Positions 10,303-20,429 of a DNA stretch of 64,000 nt are shown one piece after another (positions within the stretch are counted from its first letter, which is position 1; each line of letters starts with the position of its first letter). Under the pieces are notes generated by a model. The model was not told the DNA's origin, did no database searches, and worked only from the letters and a program-made list of their open reading frames with translations. Source of the stretch: Candidatus Marinacidobacterales bacterium (GTDB lineage: Bacteria; Acidobacteriota; Vicinamibacteria; Marinacidobacterales; SMYC01); assembly GCA_965262245.1 (NCBI GenBank), contig OZ253507.1:8220911-8284910 (forward strand). The letters run 5' to 3'. Made by a program: the position numbers and the translations under genes.

Positions 10303-10779
10303 GCTCCGAAGGCTAACACGGGAGATGTTTTCTGAAAGATGACGGCGTCCAGACGGGGAAGGGCGGGTTCACGGCTATTGATGAGGGAGGTTTTGGAGTT
10401 CCTGAATGACGGGGAAGGACGTTCAGGTTACTCCCCGAGGGACAAAACTTCCACGATGGGATTCCCTAGCATTCAGGTTACTCCCCGGGCTTTCACGGCC
10501 TCGGGGCGAAGGCTAACACGAAGGGTGGAGCGCGGTGAGGGTTGCCTTGGTGCACAAATACAGGTAAGTCATTGATTCCCGCCGAGGCGACGGGGCATAC
10601 GGACGCCGCCATCTACTGGCACCTGCAGCGGATCTACCAGAAGCACTCCCTCTCGCGGCAGGCGGACCTGGTGCGGTTGGTGCTGTCACTCGCCGAGATC
10701 GGATGAGGGCGGCGCGGGCGTGATCCGCGCGGGTGCGGTAGACGTTGACGGCCTCGACGCCCTCGGCCTGCCGCGCGTC

Positions 10780-10950
10780 GCGCGGTGCTTGCGCTGTTTG
10801 CTGTTGGTGATAAGTACGCATCCCTTTGCAAAAAAGACGCTTACGCTCTATTTAGCGTGCAGCGAAGGTCACGAACGCTATTTTGGCTGTAATGTAATGC
10901 ACCGTAAAGTCTTAGCGTCATCTCACCAACACTTAATGGCGGAAGCACCG
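10780..10950. repeat. MITE F1 copy
   Basis: Same unit as 8213..8390, opposite orientation. Confidence 0.75.
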
Positions 10951-11300
10951 GAAGTTCGCCAATCTCATACAGCTCGAGTTTATGGAAGGGACAGGTGCTT
11001 GAATCTGTGTTAGCAAAGTGAGGACTCGGGTTGCGTCGCGAGCTCGTGACGCCGTCAGTTCGGACGCAACAATGTTCCCGGTCTCGCGATCAACGGCGAT
11101 GTGCAACTTGCGCCATGCGCGCTGCTTTGGCGGTTTGCGAGCGTTTCCAACATGAATCCTCAAGCCCGTGCTATCGATCATCAGGTGGATGGGTTGAGTG
11201 CTCGCGGCTTTCGGAATCCGCAGCTTCTTGCGGAGCAACCTCGAGCGCCGACACAACGTCGAGTAGTCCGGGATCTCGATACCGAGCCCGAGAAGCGAGG
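10951..11300 (-). mobile_element. internal fragment of IS5-family element, sandwiched between two MITE F1 copies
   Basis: Encodes ..TEGFLHSIASLLGLGIEIPDYSTLCRRSRLLRKKLRIPKAASTQPIHLMIDSTGLRIHVGNARKPP.., identical to the transposases at 36625 and 43131. Confidence 0.8.
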
Positions 11301-11480
11301 CGATCGAGTGGGTGCTTGCGCTGTTTGCTGTTGGTGATGTGTACGTATCTCTTTGCAAAAAAAGTACTTACGCTCCATTTAGCGCGCGGCGAAGGTCGTG
11401 AGCGCTATTTTGGCTGTAATCTAATGCAGCATAAAGTCTTAGCGTCATCTTACCAACACTTAATGGCGGAAGCACCGATT
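11301..11480. repeat. MITE F1 copy
   Basis: Same unit; followed directly by a reverse family-A terminal repeat (11480-11520). Confidence 0.75.
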
Positions 11481-11814
11481 TATGGCCTATTTCAAAAGGG
11501 CCGAGTTTTGGCACAGGACGGGGTCCAAAGGGACACCGGCGGCGCTCGTCAACTCAATCGCTCATCGCCAAGCTGCCTGAAACAGGCCGGCTCAGCGAAC
11601 AGACTTCTTCCACGGGCTGCTAGGCTTGGTTGGCAATGGGAGCTAGAATGAGAGGTCTGCTGGGGAGCACCTATCACAGAGCCAGTGCCACGTCGGCTGG
11701 TTTCTGCGAATTTTGAGAACGCCTCCAGGATTCGAGCTTTCGGGCTCCGTTCATATTTTCGGACACGACGGGTAACGTGTGCCGCCTGACGAGAGCATAA
11801 GGAAGTCAGTTCGG

Positions 11815-11858
11815 CGCGATAGGTTCGCTCGATCAACGTCAACTTGACAATACTCTTT
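11815..11858. repeat. solo IS6-family right end (about 44 bp)
   Basis: GCGATAGGTTCGCTCGATCAACGTCAACTTGACAATACTC matches the IS6 copy end at 61615..61655. Confidence 0.7.
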
Positions 11859-11948
11859 TTCAGTATCAAGTTACTGAGATAGGATGTGCTACTAACTGCG
11901 GGGTCAGGTCACGTTGACAGCGAAGGTTGAAAAGGTAATCTCGAATTA

Positions 11949-13130
11949 TTGGGGCAGTTGAGGAGAGGAGCATTGCCCGTATCGATACCCCGCCTTGTCG
12001 TCATTGACTGTGAGACCACTGGCCTAGGGCAACATGACCGTATTGTAGAGATCGCGGCGATTACACTCGATCCGTTGACATGGGAACCGACGGATGAGTA
12101 CGACACCCTGATTAACCCAGAGCGCGATGTCGGCCCGGTGGGTATCCATGGAGTAACGGCATCAATGGTCGAGGCCGCGCCCACCTTTCCCGAGGTTGCC
12201 ACTGTACTGGCCCGCCGTCTCCATGGCTCGATCCTGGTCGCGCATAACCTTCCCTTCGATACCCGAATGCTGGGGTACGAGTTTGACCGGCTCGGAGTTG
12301 CGTTCAACGTCGGCTCAGGTCTGTGCACCCTCAGAGCCACTGGCGAGAAACTCGTAGCCGCGTGCCACAGGTTTGGGATCGCGCTGAACTTCCAGCATCG
12401 AGCGCTCGCCGACGCCCGCGCCACCGCCGCCCTTGCCAGAGAGGTCTTGGCCGGTGACGAGTCTGACTCCGAAGCGGCGACGGTCGGGTATGTCTCCGGA
12501 GTTGCCAATCCAAGGACTCTGCGACGGGAGGGCACGGATGTCGGAATTAGCGAGTTAGCACGCGTCGTGTCTCTCGCTTATTACCCGTCCTCGGATGAGG
12601 CGTTACTCCAGTACCTTGACGCCCTAGACTGGGCGCTGGACGATAACCACATCGATGATCAGGAACGCGCAGCCATTGATAAGTTCGCCGCGACACTTGG
12701 CATCTCCAACGAGGTTCGCCGGGAAGCGCACCGTGCCTATCTGGCGTCGATTATCGCTGCCGCCAAACGTGATGGCGTTGTCACCGAAGCCGAGCACCAC
12801 CTCATCAGTGAGGTCGCGGACACGCTGGGAGTCACCGGAGTGACCATCCCCGAGGTGACAGACCTCCCGGACACAACCAGCCTTCGCAAGGGGATGCGCG
12901 TCTGCTTCACGGGCGAGGCCACCGTCGCCGGGAACTCGATCTCCAGATCTTTCCTGGAGGAAACTGCCGCCCTGTCCGGAATGCAACCTGTTGGTTCCGT
13001 TACGAAGAACGGCTGTGATCTGCTGGTGGTGGCTGATTCCTCCAGTCAGTCGGGAAAAGCACGCAAAGCGCGCGACTACGGTATTCCGGTGATGACGGTG
13101 GTGGATTTCCTCAACAAAGCCGGGTCGTAG
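11949..13130 (+). CDS. DnaQ-like 3'-5' exonuclease (DEDDh) fused to a C-terminal BRCT domain
   Basis: VVIDCETTGL, ILVAHNLPFDTRML and HRALADARAT. C-terminal GMRVCFTGEA...GCDLLVVAD...ARKARDYGIPVMTVVDFL. Confidence 0.75.
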   Translation: MGQLRRGALPVSIPRLVVIDCETTGLGQHDRIVEIAAITLDPLTWEPTDEYDTLINPERDVGPVGIHGVTASMVEAAPTFPEVATVLARRLHGSILVAHNLPFDTRMLGYEFDRLGVAFNVGSGLCTLRATGEKLVAACHRFGIALNFQHRALADARATAALAREVLAGDESDSEAATVGYVSGVANPRTLRREGTDVGISELARVVSLAYYPSSDEALLQYLDALDWALDDNHIDDQERAAIDKFAATLGISNEVRREAHRAYLASIIAAAKRDGVVTEAEHHLISEVADTLGVTGVTIPEVTDLPDTTSLRKGMRVCFTGEATVAGNSISRSFLEETAALSGMQPVGSVTKNGCDLLVVADSSSQSGKARKARDYGIPVMTVVDFLNKAGS

Positions 13131-13197
13131 CTGTATCTCGGGAACATGTACGCAGGTGATTGATGACGCGAGCAGATCTCAACAAGGCGATGCCGTC

Positions 13198-14388
13198 TGG
13201 TCAAAATACTCGAACGCCCAGCGGGTCAGCAGTTTGCACCTTTCCAAAGGCTGCTTGAATCCGCCATCGTGGTCGGATACGTATTCCAGTTCAGCGGAAG
13301 GAGTCGCGATGGACTGGAAGACCATGCTGAGCTACATCTCAGGGTCCGTAGATGAGGAGTTGCTCCTGCGCAACGAGTATCTTGTAGCAGAGAATCGAGT
13401 TCTTCGAAATCAGCTCCAGGGTCGCTTGCGTCTGACCGATGGCGAACGGCGGTCTCTGGCCGAGATCGGAAAGCGTCTGGGTAAGCAAGCCCGTGATGAG
13501 GTCGCGAGTATCGTGAAGCCCGACACGATCTTGGGTTGGCACCGGAGGCTTGTCGCGAAGAAGTTCGATGGCTCCAAGAACCGTCCGTATCCAGGGCGAC
13601 CGCGGGTCGACGCCGACATCGAAGAGCTGGTGGTGCGTCTCGCCAAGGAGAACAAGTCCTGGGGTTACGACCGGATTGCCGGGGCGCTAGCCAACCTCGG
13701 GCATGAAGTGGCCGACCAAACCGTCGGTAACATTCTGAAACGCCACGGCATTCCGCTCGCACCAGAGCGTCGGAAGACCACGACGTGGAGGGAGTTCATC
13801 CGCTCGCACATGGACGTCCTCGCGGCGACAGATTTTTTCACCACGGAAGTGTGGACTCAGGGCGGGTTGGTGACGTACTACGTTCTGTTCTTCATACACC
13901 TGGCTACCCGTCGAGTCCACGTTGCCGGCATCACGCCGCATCCGAACGAACAGTGGATGACTCAAGTGGCTCGCAACGTGACCATGGCGGATGTCGGCTT
14001 TCTGTCCTCGAGCCGATACCTCATTCACGACCGAGACACGAAGTTCTGCCAGTCGTTCCACCGGACCATCGAGGCGATTGGCGTCGCGCCCGTCAAGCTG
14101 CCCGCACGGAGCCCGGATTTGAACTCGTTCGCGGAGCGCTGGGTGAAGTCAGTCAAAGAGGAATGTCTCTCGAAGCTCATCCTGTTCGGCGAGAAGTCGC
14201 TCCGTCATGCGCTTAGGGAGTACGTCGTCTACTGTCACCACGAGAGGAATCATCAAGGCAAGGAGAATCTGCTGCTGTTCCCAGCCAGCGACCAGTTACC
14301 TCAGTCCGAGCGCAAGGTACGCTCCTGTGAACGGCTTGGCGGGTTACTACGTTTCTACCATCGGGAAGCCGCATGAGTATTTTGACCT
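13198..14388 (+). mobile_element. IS481-like insertion sequence, copy 1 (about 1.19 kb; 13-bp TIR GGTCAAAATACTC)
   Basis: GGTCAAAATACTCG at 13199 and its reverse complement GAGTATTTTGACC at 14375. A solo left end also lies at 52349-52395. Confidence 0.7.
13309..14376 (+). CDS. DDE transposase (N-terminal HTH plus rve integrase core), IS481-like
   Basis: ATG after GGAAGGAG. 46% identical in architecture to the 23935..25008 paralog; ..LIHDRDTKF.. core. Confidence 0.8.
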   Translation: MDWKTMLSYISGSVDEELLLRNEYLVAENRVLRNQLQGRLRLTDGERRSLAEIGKRLGKQARDEVASIVKPDTILGWHRRLVAKKFDGSKNRPYPGRPRVDADIEELVVRLAKENKSWGYDRIAGALANLGHEVADQTVGNILKRHGIPLAPERRKTTTWREFIRSHMDVLAATDFFTTEVWTQGGLVTYYVLFFIHLATRRVHVAGITPHPNEQWMTQVARNVTMADVGFLSSSRYLIHDRDTKFCQSFHRTIEAIGVAPVKLPARSPDLNSFAERWVKSVKEECLSKLILFGEKSLRHALREYVVYCHHERNHQGKENLLLFPASDQLPQSERKVRSCERLGGLLRFYHREAA

Positions 14389-14915
14389 CACGGTGCGCCG
14401 GCACAAACCGGTAAGTCTCGCGGGTGCAAGTCCCGCCTAATGAAGGAGTAGCGAACCAGATTGGCCCCGAGTCATGCGTTGTTGTTCGCGAGAGCAAAGG
14501 CGAAGCGTTGACAGGGAGACGTGCGGGCTGGATATTGAGCCGCGAAAGTAAAATAAACTTCGGGGGGCCGACGGCGTCGTATGGCACGGAAGGCAACACG
14601 GAGCAGATCGTTATCGCAAGAGCTGTTCCGCCCCCGCGTGGTCCGAGACCCTGCGCACGCACGCCAAGAGACATACACGGGAGCCGGGAGGTCCCGCATC
14701 TGGTCCTGAGTGGCATCGGGGTCCGCGCTGTGAATCCGCAAGGAGCACGACAGCGACGTACGGATGCGGGAAGTCTGACAGGCCCATAGTAGCTGAGAAG
14801 CCTTTGAACAAAGGCTGGGGTGCGCCTCAGCTCGCGGAGGAGGTGGAGCCAAGGGGGCTGACCAAAGGAAATCCGTTACGGCAAATCAGGTCCCGGACAC
14901 AGCGCCGGGCAGGGA

Positions 14916-15458
14916 GTGAATATGGACAACCCTAAACGGGCACGAAGCGAGAAACCGCGGAAACAGCCAAGGGAGTGCGCCTACGTTCGGTCCCCTGACC
15001 TGCAAAGCGCGCTGGAGCGGATACGGCAGGTTGCCTGCCGGGATAAAGGAGCACGGTTCACAGCGCTCTGGCATCATGTCTACAACGTCGACCGCCTCCG
15101 GGAGGCCTACTTTAGCCTCAAGCGGAATGCTGCACCGGGAGTAGACGGGGAGACGTGGCAGCACTACGGCGAGGACCTGGAGGGCAACCTGCAGGAACTA
15201 TGCACGAGGCTGAAGCGTGGGGCGTACCGGGCGAAGCCGGTCAGGAGAGTGTACATTCCCAAGGCCGATGGGCGGCAGCGGCCGCTCGGAGTAACCGCAC
15301 TAGAGGACAAGGTAGTCCAGCGCGCGGTGGTCAAGGTGTTGAACGCGATCTATGAGAGCGACTTCCTCGGCTTCTCCTATGGCTTCCGACCGAGGCGCAA
15401 TCCGCACAATGCGCTGGATGCCCTCTACGTCGGAATCATGCGCAAGAGGGTGAATGAA
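14916..15458 (+). pseudogene. group II intron reverse transcriptase, N-terminal part (RT domains 0-2), cut by IS3 insertion
   Basis: LWHHVYNVDRLREAYFSLKRNAAPGVDGETW...RPLGVTALEDKVVQRAV...SYGFRPRRNPHNALD. Ends ..RKRVN at the IS junction. Confidence 0.8.
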
Positions 15459-15532
15459 GTGGACCCCATTTTTTAGACCAGGGGTTAAGGTGGTAAAACA
15501 AGCCTGCTCAATAAAAAAAGGAGCAGAGAAAA

Positions 15533-15820
15533 GTGAAGAAAAATCGTACGAAGCACAGCCCTGTTTTCAAGGCGAAAGTTGCATTGGCGGTACTACGCGA
15601 GCAGGAGACAGTGGCGGAACTATCCCGCCGGCACAAGGTTCACGCGAACCAGATCTACAAATGGAAGCGGCAGCTTTTGGAGAACGTCACGCGTGCTTTC
15701 GAGACCGAAGAGGTGGGCGGAGGCGATGCCTCGATGCGCGAGGCCGAACTGCTTCAGAAAATCGGGGAGCTGACGATGGAGCGCGATTTTTTATCACACG
15801 GGCTCGGTCGATTGCGATGA
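15533..15820 (+). CDS. IS3-family transposase OrfA (HTH)
   Basis: [49 protein letters not shown] second copy lies at 55024..55605. Confidence 0.8.
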   Translation: MKKNRTKHSPVFKAKVALAVLREQETVAELSRRHKVHANQIYKWKRQLLENVTRAFETEEVGGGDASMREAELLQKIGELTMERDFLSHGLGRLR

Positions 15821-16656
15821 CGCCCCGGCGGGAGTTGGTCGAACCCAACGCTCCGCTGTCGATGCGCTGGCAGTGCGAGCTGCTCGGCGTGAATCGGTCG
15901 AGCCTGTACTACGAACCTGTCGAGCCGGATGGCGAGCAACTCGCATTGATGCGTCGGATGGACGAGCTACATCTGAAGCATCCATTTTTCGGCAGCCGCA
16001 TGATGACACAGACACTCAAAGCGGAGGGGTCGGCCGTCAACCGCAAGCGCGTGCAGCGTCTTATGCGGTTGATGGGGCTCGAGAGCACTGCGCCCAAGCC
16101 GAACACAAGCAAGCCAGCGCCGGAACACGCCGTATACCCTTATCTACTGAGGAATCTGACGGTTTCTCGGATCAATCAGGTGTGGGCCGCCGACATCACA
16201 TACATCCCGATGGCGCGAGGCTTCGTATACCTGGTGGCGGTCATCGATTGGTATTCGCGGCGGGTGCTCGCCTGGCGCTTGTCCAACACGTTGGAGACGA
16301 CCTTCTGCGTGGAGGCTCTGAACGAAGCTGTGGCACGCTACGGTTGCCCAGAGATATTCAACACGGACCAGGGCTCTCAGTTCACCTCGGAGGAGTTCAC
16401 CAGTGTATTGCTTGCTCTTGAGATCAAGATCAGCATGGATGGCAAAGGTCGCTGTATCGACAACATCTTCGTGGAGCGGCTCTGGCGCTCGCTGAAGTAC
16501 GAGGAGGTCTACCTGTACGCCTACGACACCGTGCAAATGGCTCGCGCGGGCATCGCTTGCTACTTCGATTTCTTCAATGACGAGCGCCCGCACAAAGCGT
16601 TAGGCTATCAAACGCCCGCGAGCTTCTACGATGGACTGCTTGGCGAGGTTGCTTGA
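15817..16656 (+). CDS. IS3-family transposase OrfB (rve; made by a -1 frameshift from OrfA)
   Basis: [37 protein letters not shown]...[13 protein letters not shown]...[18 protein letters not shown]. Confidence 0.8.
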   Translation: MTPRRELVEPNAPLSMRWQCELLGVNRSSLYYEPVEPDGEQLALMRRMDELHLKHPFFGSRMMTQTLKAEGSAVNRKRVQRLMRLMGLESTAPKPNTSKPAPEHAVYPYLLRNLTVSRINQVWAADITYIPMARGFVYLVAVIDWYSRRVLAWRLSNTLETTFCVEALNEAVARYGCPEIFNTDQGSQFTSEEFTSVLLALEIKISMDGKGRCIDNIFVERLWRSLKYEEVYLYAYDTVQMARAGIACYFDFFNDERPHKALGYQTPASFYDGLLGEVA

Positions 16657-16917
16657 AGATGATTGGCCATCGACCGATTTGTACATCACAGCATCATCCT
16701 GGAGCTCAACGTCGGCAGTTACCGACTGGGGCAATCGAAGCAGAACAAGGCCAAAGAGGCCACGGCGGTAGAAAACCGGGAAAAGGAATGAACCTTGCCA
16801 CGAGTCCACAAAACGAATGCGAGAATCGCCGCAGGAGACCCTCTCGCGGCTTGGCCCATACCCCAGGTACCCCGATTTTTGCACTATTCAGGTGGACCAG
16901 CGAAAGGGCGGCTTCGA

Positions 16918-16999
16918 TCCGGGGCCCCGACGGAGGGAGCGGACAAGGAAGCTTCGCATCTTTTTTTAAGGGTCCGCTCCCTCCGTCGGGGCCCCGGAT
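16918..16999. repeat. perfect 25-bp-stem palindrome (CCGGGGCCCCGACGGAGGGAGCGGAC ... GTCCGCTCCCTCCGTCGGGGCCCCGG) inside the IS3 passenger region
   Basis: Seen directly in the sequence. Not followed by a T-tract. Confidence 0.7.
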
Positions 17000-17280
17000 C
17001 GAACATGGGACACTTTGCTGATAAGTGACGGAGCAAGACCGGTAGGTACCCGGGAATTCTAACTTGTTGCTGAAGAGAAATAATAATTGCCGCTAGACAC
17101 AATGATGGCTACAGCGAAAAACAAACTGTCCACAGATTTTCAATCTGCCATAAACTGTGTTCCCGAACGCTCCCTTCTAGGAGCCTTCGGGAAACAACAT
17201 CACGACTATGACCACGACGTGTTCAACTCGGCAGGCTCCACCTTAGCTACCCCCCATTTTGGTCCAGAGAATGGGGTCCA

Positions 17281-18153
17281 CCTCAGAACTGGATGCTCGA
17301 CGCGGACATTCGCGGGTTCTTCGATGCCATCGACCACGAATGGCTGATGAAGTTCGTCGAGCATCGGATAGCAGACCAGCGTGTGCTGCGACACATCAAG
17401 AAGTGGCTGAACGCTGGTGTGATGGAGGATGGGAAGCGAACACAGGCGGAGAAGGGAACGCCTCAAGGGGGAAGTGTATCCCCTTTGCTAGCGAACGTGT
17501 ATCTGCACTACGTGTTCGATCTATGGGTCCACCAGTGGAGGAAGAGGCATGCTCGCGGTGAAGTGATCATCGTGCGCTTTGCCGATGACTTCACGGTAGG
17601 ATTCCAGTACCGCGAGGACGCCGAGCGATTCCTGGAGGAACTCAGGGAGCGATTCCAGAGATTCCATCTTGAACTGCACCCCGAAAAGACGCGCCTGATG
17701 GAATTCGGCCGCTATGCTGCCGAGAACCGCAAACGGCGCGGCGAGGGGAAACCCGAGTCTTTCGACTTTCTTGGCTTCACACATACGTGTGACAAGACAA
17801 GGAATGGGAAATTCATAGTGCTTCGGCAGACGATGCGGAAACGGCTGCAGTCGAAACTTCGCGAGATCAAAATCGAGCTGAAGCGACGGCTGCACCATCC
17901 TGTCCCTGAGGTGGGGCAATGGCTAAGGTCGGTCATGCAGGGGCATTTCAACTATTATGCGGTGCCTCGTAACCAACGGAAACTCGGCGCTCTCAAGTAT
18001 CAGGTGTACCGTCTGTGGCTCCGTACGCTACGGCAGAGGAGCCAACGACACCGGATGACCGGGGAGCGCATGAACCGTTTGGCCGACCGCTGGTTTCCAC
18101 CTATTCGTATTTTGCACCCGTACCCCGAACAGCGACTGCGCGTCATGACCTGA
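17281..18153 (+). pseudogene. group II intron RT/maturase, C-terminal part (RT domains 3-7 plus X domain)
   Basis: LDADIRGFFDAIDHEWLMKFV...GTPQGGSVSPLLANVYLH...VRFADDFTVGF...FLGFTH. Confidence 0.8.
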
Positions 18154-18292
18154 GGTAGGAGCCCAGTGCGTTAGCAGCGCTCGCTGGGATCTGTGCGGGG
18201 GGCCGCCCGTAAGGGCGGTCCCTACCGCGAAGGTCCTAGGAACGTACCTGTCAGGGTGCGACAGTCGTCGGATTCGCAAGGCCCTGAAGGCG

Positions 18293-18508
18293 TTGCTCGG
18301 TGACGAGCACCTGTCCAAGAGCGCTGTGTCGAGTGTGGTCAGCCGACTCAAAGAGCGCGTCGAAGAGTGGCAAGGCCGGGACTTGAGCGACGAGGCCTAC
18401 GTCATCGTCTTCCTGGACGGCTTCCACCTGAAGGTGCGGATGGCGAAGCGTGTTGTGAGCGTTCCCGTGCTCGCCGCTCTCGGAGTCGTGCCAGAAGTGC
18501 AAAAATAG
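18293..18508 (+). pseudogene. IS256-family (mutator-type) transposase internal fragment
   Basis: SKSAVSSVVSRLKERVEEWQGRDLSDEAYVIVFLDGFHLKVRMAKRVVSVPVLAALGV. Confidence 0.6.
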
Positions 18509-18582
18509 ATTTTGTCGCTCCGGCTCGCGGCGAATGAAGCCTCGGCTCATTGGAGCTCGCTGGTCGAAGAGCTTCAGAGTCG

Positions 18583-19645
18583 GGTGCTTCCGCAATCGAG
18601 TGTTGGCAGCCGCCGCGTAACCCGCTCGCATGCTAGAGTTGGAGCCTGATTTCGAGAGACACAGTTCTTTCGTCGACAAGGCCCACGTGAAGTGAATCCC
18701 TAAGCTGTCTCAACCCCGAGTGTCCGCCGTATGAAGCGGAAGCACCGGCACACGCAGGACCCTAGCATTCAAATGCCTCGAGACGGCGTAGCAACACTTA
18801 ATGGCAGAAGCACCGCTGTACTGGTGCTTCCGCCATCAAGTGATGGGATGGACTCCTCCGCTGACATAGACGGCATCGTGCCAAAGTCAGTCGAAAGAAC
18901 GCATCGAAAAAGGAGGAGTCCGAATGAAAGATACGACGATCGCTGTGGGTTGTTGTTTTTTACATTGAATCGCGAAGATTTCTCATTCGTGATTCACCTC
19001 GACCGGCAACCACGTACGAGCAGAAGACGGGAGGCGCAGACGGGGTCAAGGGCGCGTAGCGGCTCGCGTAGCGAGCGAACCCTGGACGCCGTCGAGCACT
19101 CCCGTACCCTCATGGAGTGGTGGCCGTTCTTGATATTTCATCGCGGTGGATTACGGATTAAAGTGATAAACAACATGGGTCTTGCAAAGAACGTCTTCGA
19201 GATTGCCATCTCGCGCGAAGCGGGGAAGGTGTCCAAGCAACTCCGTGTGAGTCGACCCAAGTTGGTGTCGTTTTTTGCGAAACAGAGCGCTGCCACCGTG
19301 CTTCTCGAAGCCTGCGGCTCGGCTCACTTCTGGGCAAGGACGTTGCGACGGTTGGGACACGACGTCGTCCTGCTCCCCGTCCTGTGCCAAAACTCCGCCC
19401 TTTTGAAATAGGCCATAAATCAGCAGCTTAGTGTCCGTGTTTGTCCCCGGGCCAACGAAACGCCAGCCGATGAGACTCTTTAGAAGGGCTGAACGGGCCT
19501 CATTTTCGGTTTTGGTCTCGAATCTCGATTTCCGAGGGACACGTTTGCGCCAAATAGGAGAGCGGGCGCTGACCGGGGGCCGTGCGGCAGCGGAAAAGAG
19601 GCCACCCGAGAGGCCCAGAATCGAGGCCGGGGCTATCGCAGCTTA
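18583..19645. repeat. mosaic repeat cluster, copy 2 (F2, F3, F5, family-A terminal repeat, R4)
   Basis: Nucleotide matches to 2395-4050 and 31535-32730. Confidence 0.6.
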
Positions 19646-19997
19646 GCGTACGCTTTCCCAGTCAGTCCAGATTCTGCGCAACAGCACCCAAAACCCGCGG
19701 TCGACATTCGAGAGCCGCGGCCGTTTTACCGAACGACGGAGGACGGCAAGCTGGTGCCGAAGAGCGACTTTCTCGAGAGCCAGTTCGCGACGAGCCTTAA
19801 AAGCAGAGATGAGAGCGGAAACCAACGACGAAATCATGCCGGCATGGTGCCGGCAGACCGGAGATTAATCAAGTTCGGGGCGCGCGGATGAATAAATAGA
19901 AGGCACACCTCGCTCCAACTCTTGACAATAGCTCCGTGACCACCACGGCTGATTCAATACTCGAAGCCGCCAGTCTTCCACCAGAACACTTCGGATT

Positions 19998-20420
19998 TTA
20001 GTAGACAACTCCCAGTTTCTGCGAGGCGCAACCCTGGCAAATGGCTCGACTATGCATCCACTCTGGCGGATTCCGCTCGTTGCAGAGCTTACACTTACGG
20101 AACCGTTGCCGCCGTCGCCTCCTGGTTACCTTAACCAATGCGGAGAGCAGCCGTTTTAGGTCCGTCCCTGATAACCCTGATAACCCGGCCAGACGAATGT
20201 CGCCCAACGGAGCGTGTCTCTCGACCGGAGTGCCGGGTCCCTGCCATTCGATGGCATACTCAAAGACGCTGACCCTCTCTTTGCTGACCGTGACAACGAC
20301 CTCGCCCGGGTCCCCAGCGATCAGCTGAGTTGTTCCGTCCGGAGAGGCTTCCTCACGGAGTGGCTTCCCCATGACGACACGGACGATATCGAGAGTTCGT
20401 TCCTTGACTCCAGCCTCCAC
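19998..20420 (-). CDS. hypothetical 140-aa protein with Cys-rich C-terminus
   Basis: Open frame only; RFRKCKLCNERNPPEWMHSRAICQGCA may be a zinc finger. No good RBS. Confidence 0.25.
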   Translation of the reverse strand: MEAGVKERTLDIVRVVMGKPLREEASPDGTTQLIAGDPGEVVVTVSKERVSVFEYAIEWQGPGTPVERHAPLGDIRLAGLSGLSGTDLKRLLSALVKVTRRRRRQRFRKCKLCNERNPPEWMHSRAICQGCASQKLGVVY

Positions 20421-20429
20421 AACTGCGAG

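Larger units (their letters stand above)
15459..17288 (+). mobile_element. IS3-family element inserted in the intron RT gene (TIR TGAAGTGGACCCCATT), about 1.83 kb with a 630-bp non-coding passenger
   Basis: Left end TGAAGTGGACCCCATT, right end AATGGGGTCCACCTCA. RT resumes as NWMLDADIRGFFD. Confidence 0.7.
14394..18280 (+). mobile_element. group II intron (5' GUGCG; RT/maturase ORF in domain IV), interrupted by an IS3-family insertion; 3' boundary approximate
   Basis: GTGCG begins right after the IS481-like end. Downstream of the ORF is a GNRA hairpin GGGCCGCCCGUAAGGGCGGUCCC consistent with domain V. Confidence 0.65.

Noticed and set aside
16880-17010. tRNA-like sequence (..CCGGATCGAACATGG..)
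   Set aside because: It is one arm of a perfect 25-bp palindrome with no cloverleaf, acceptor stem or anticodon-arm geometry.
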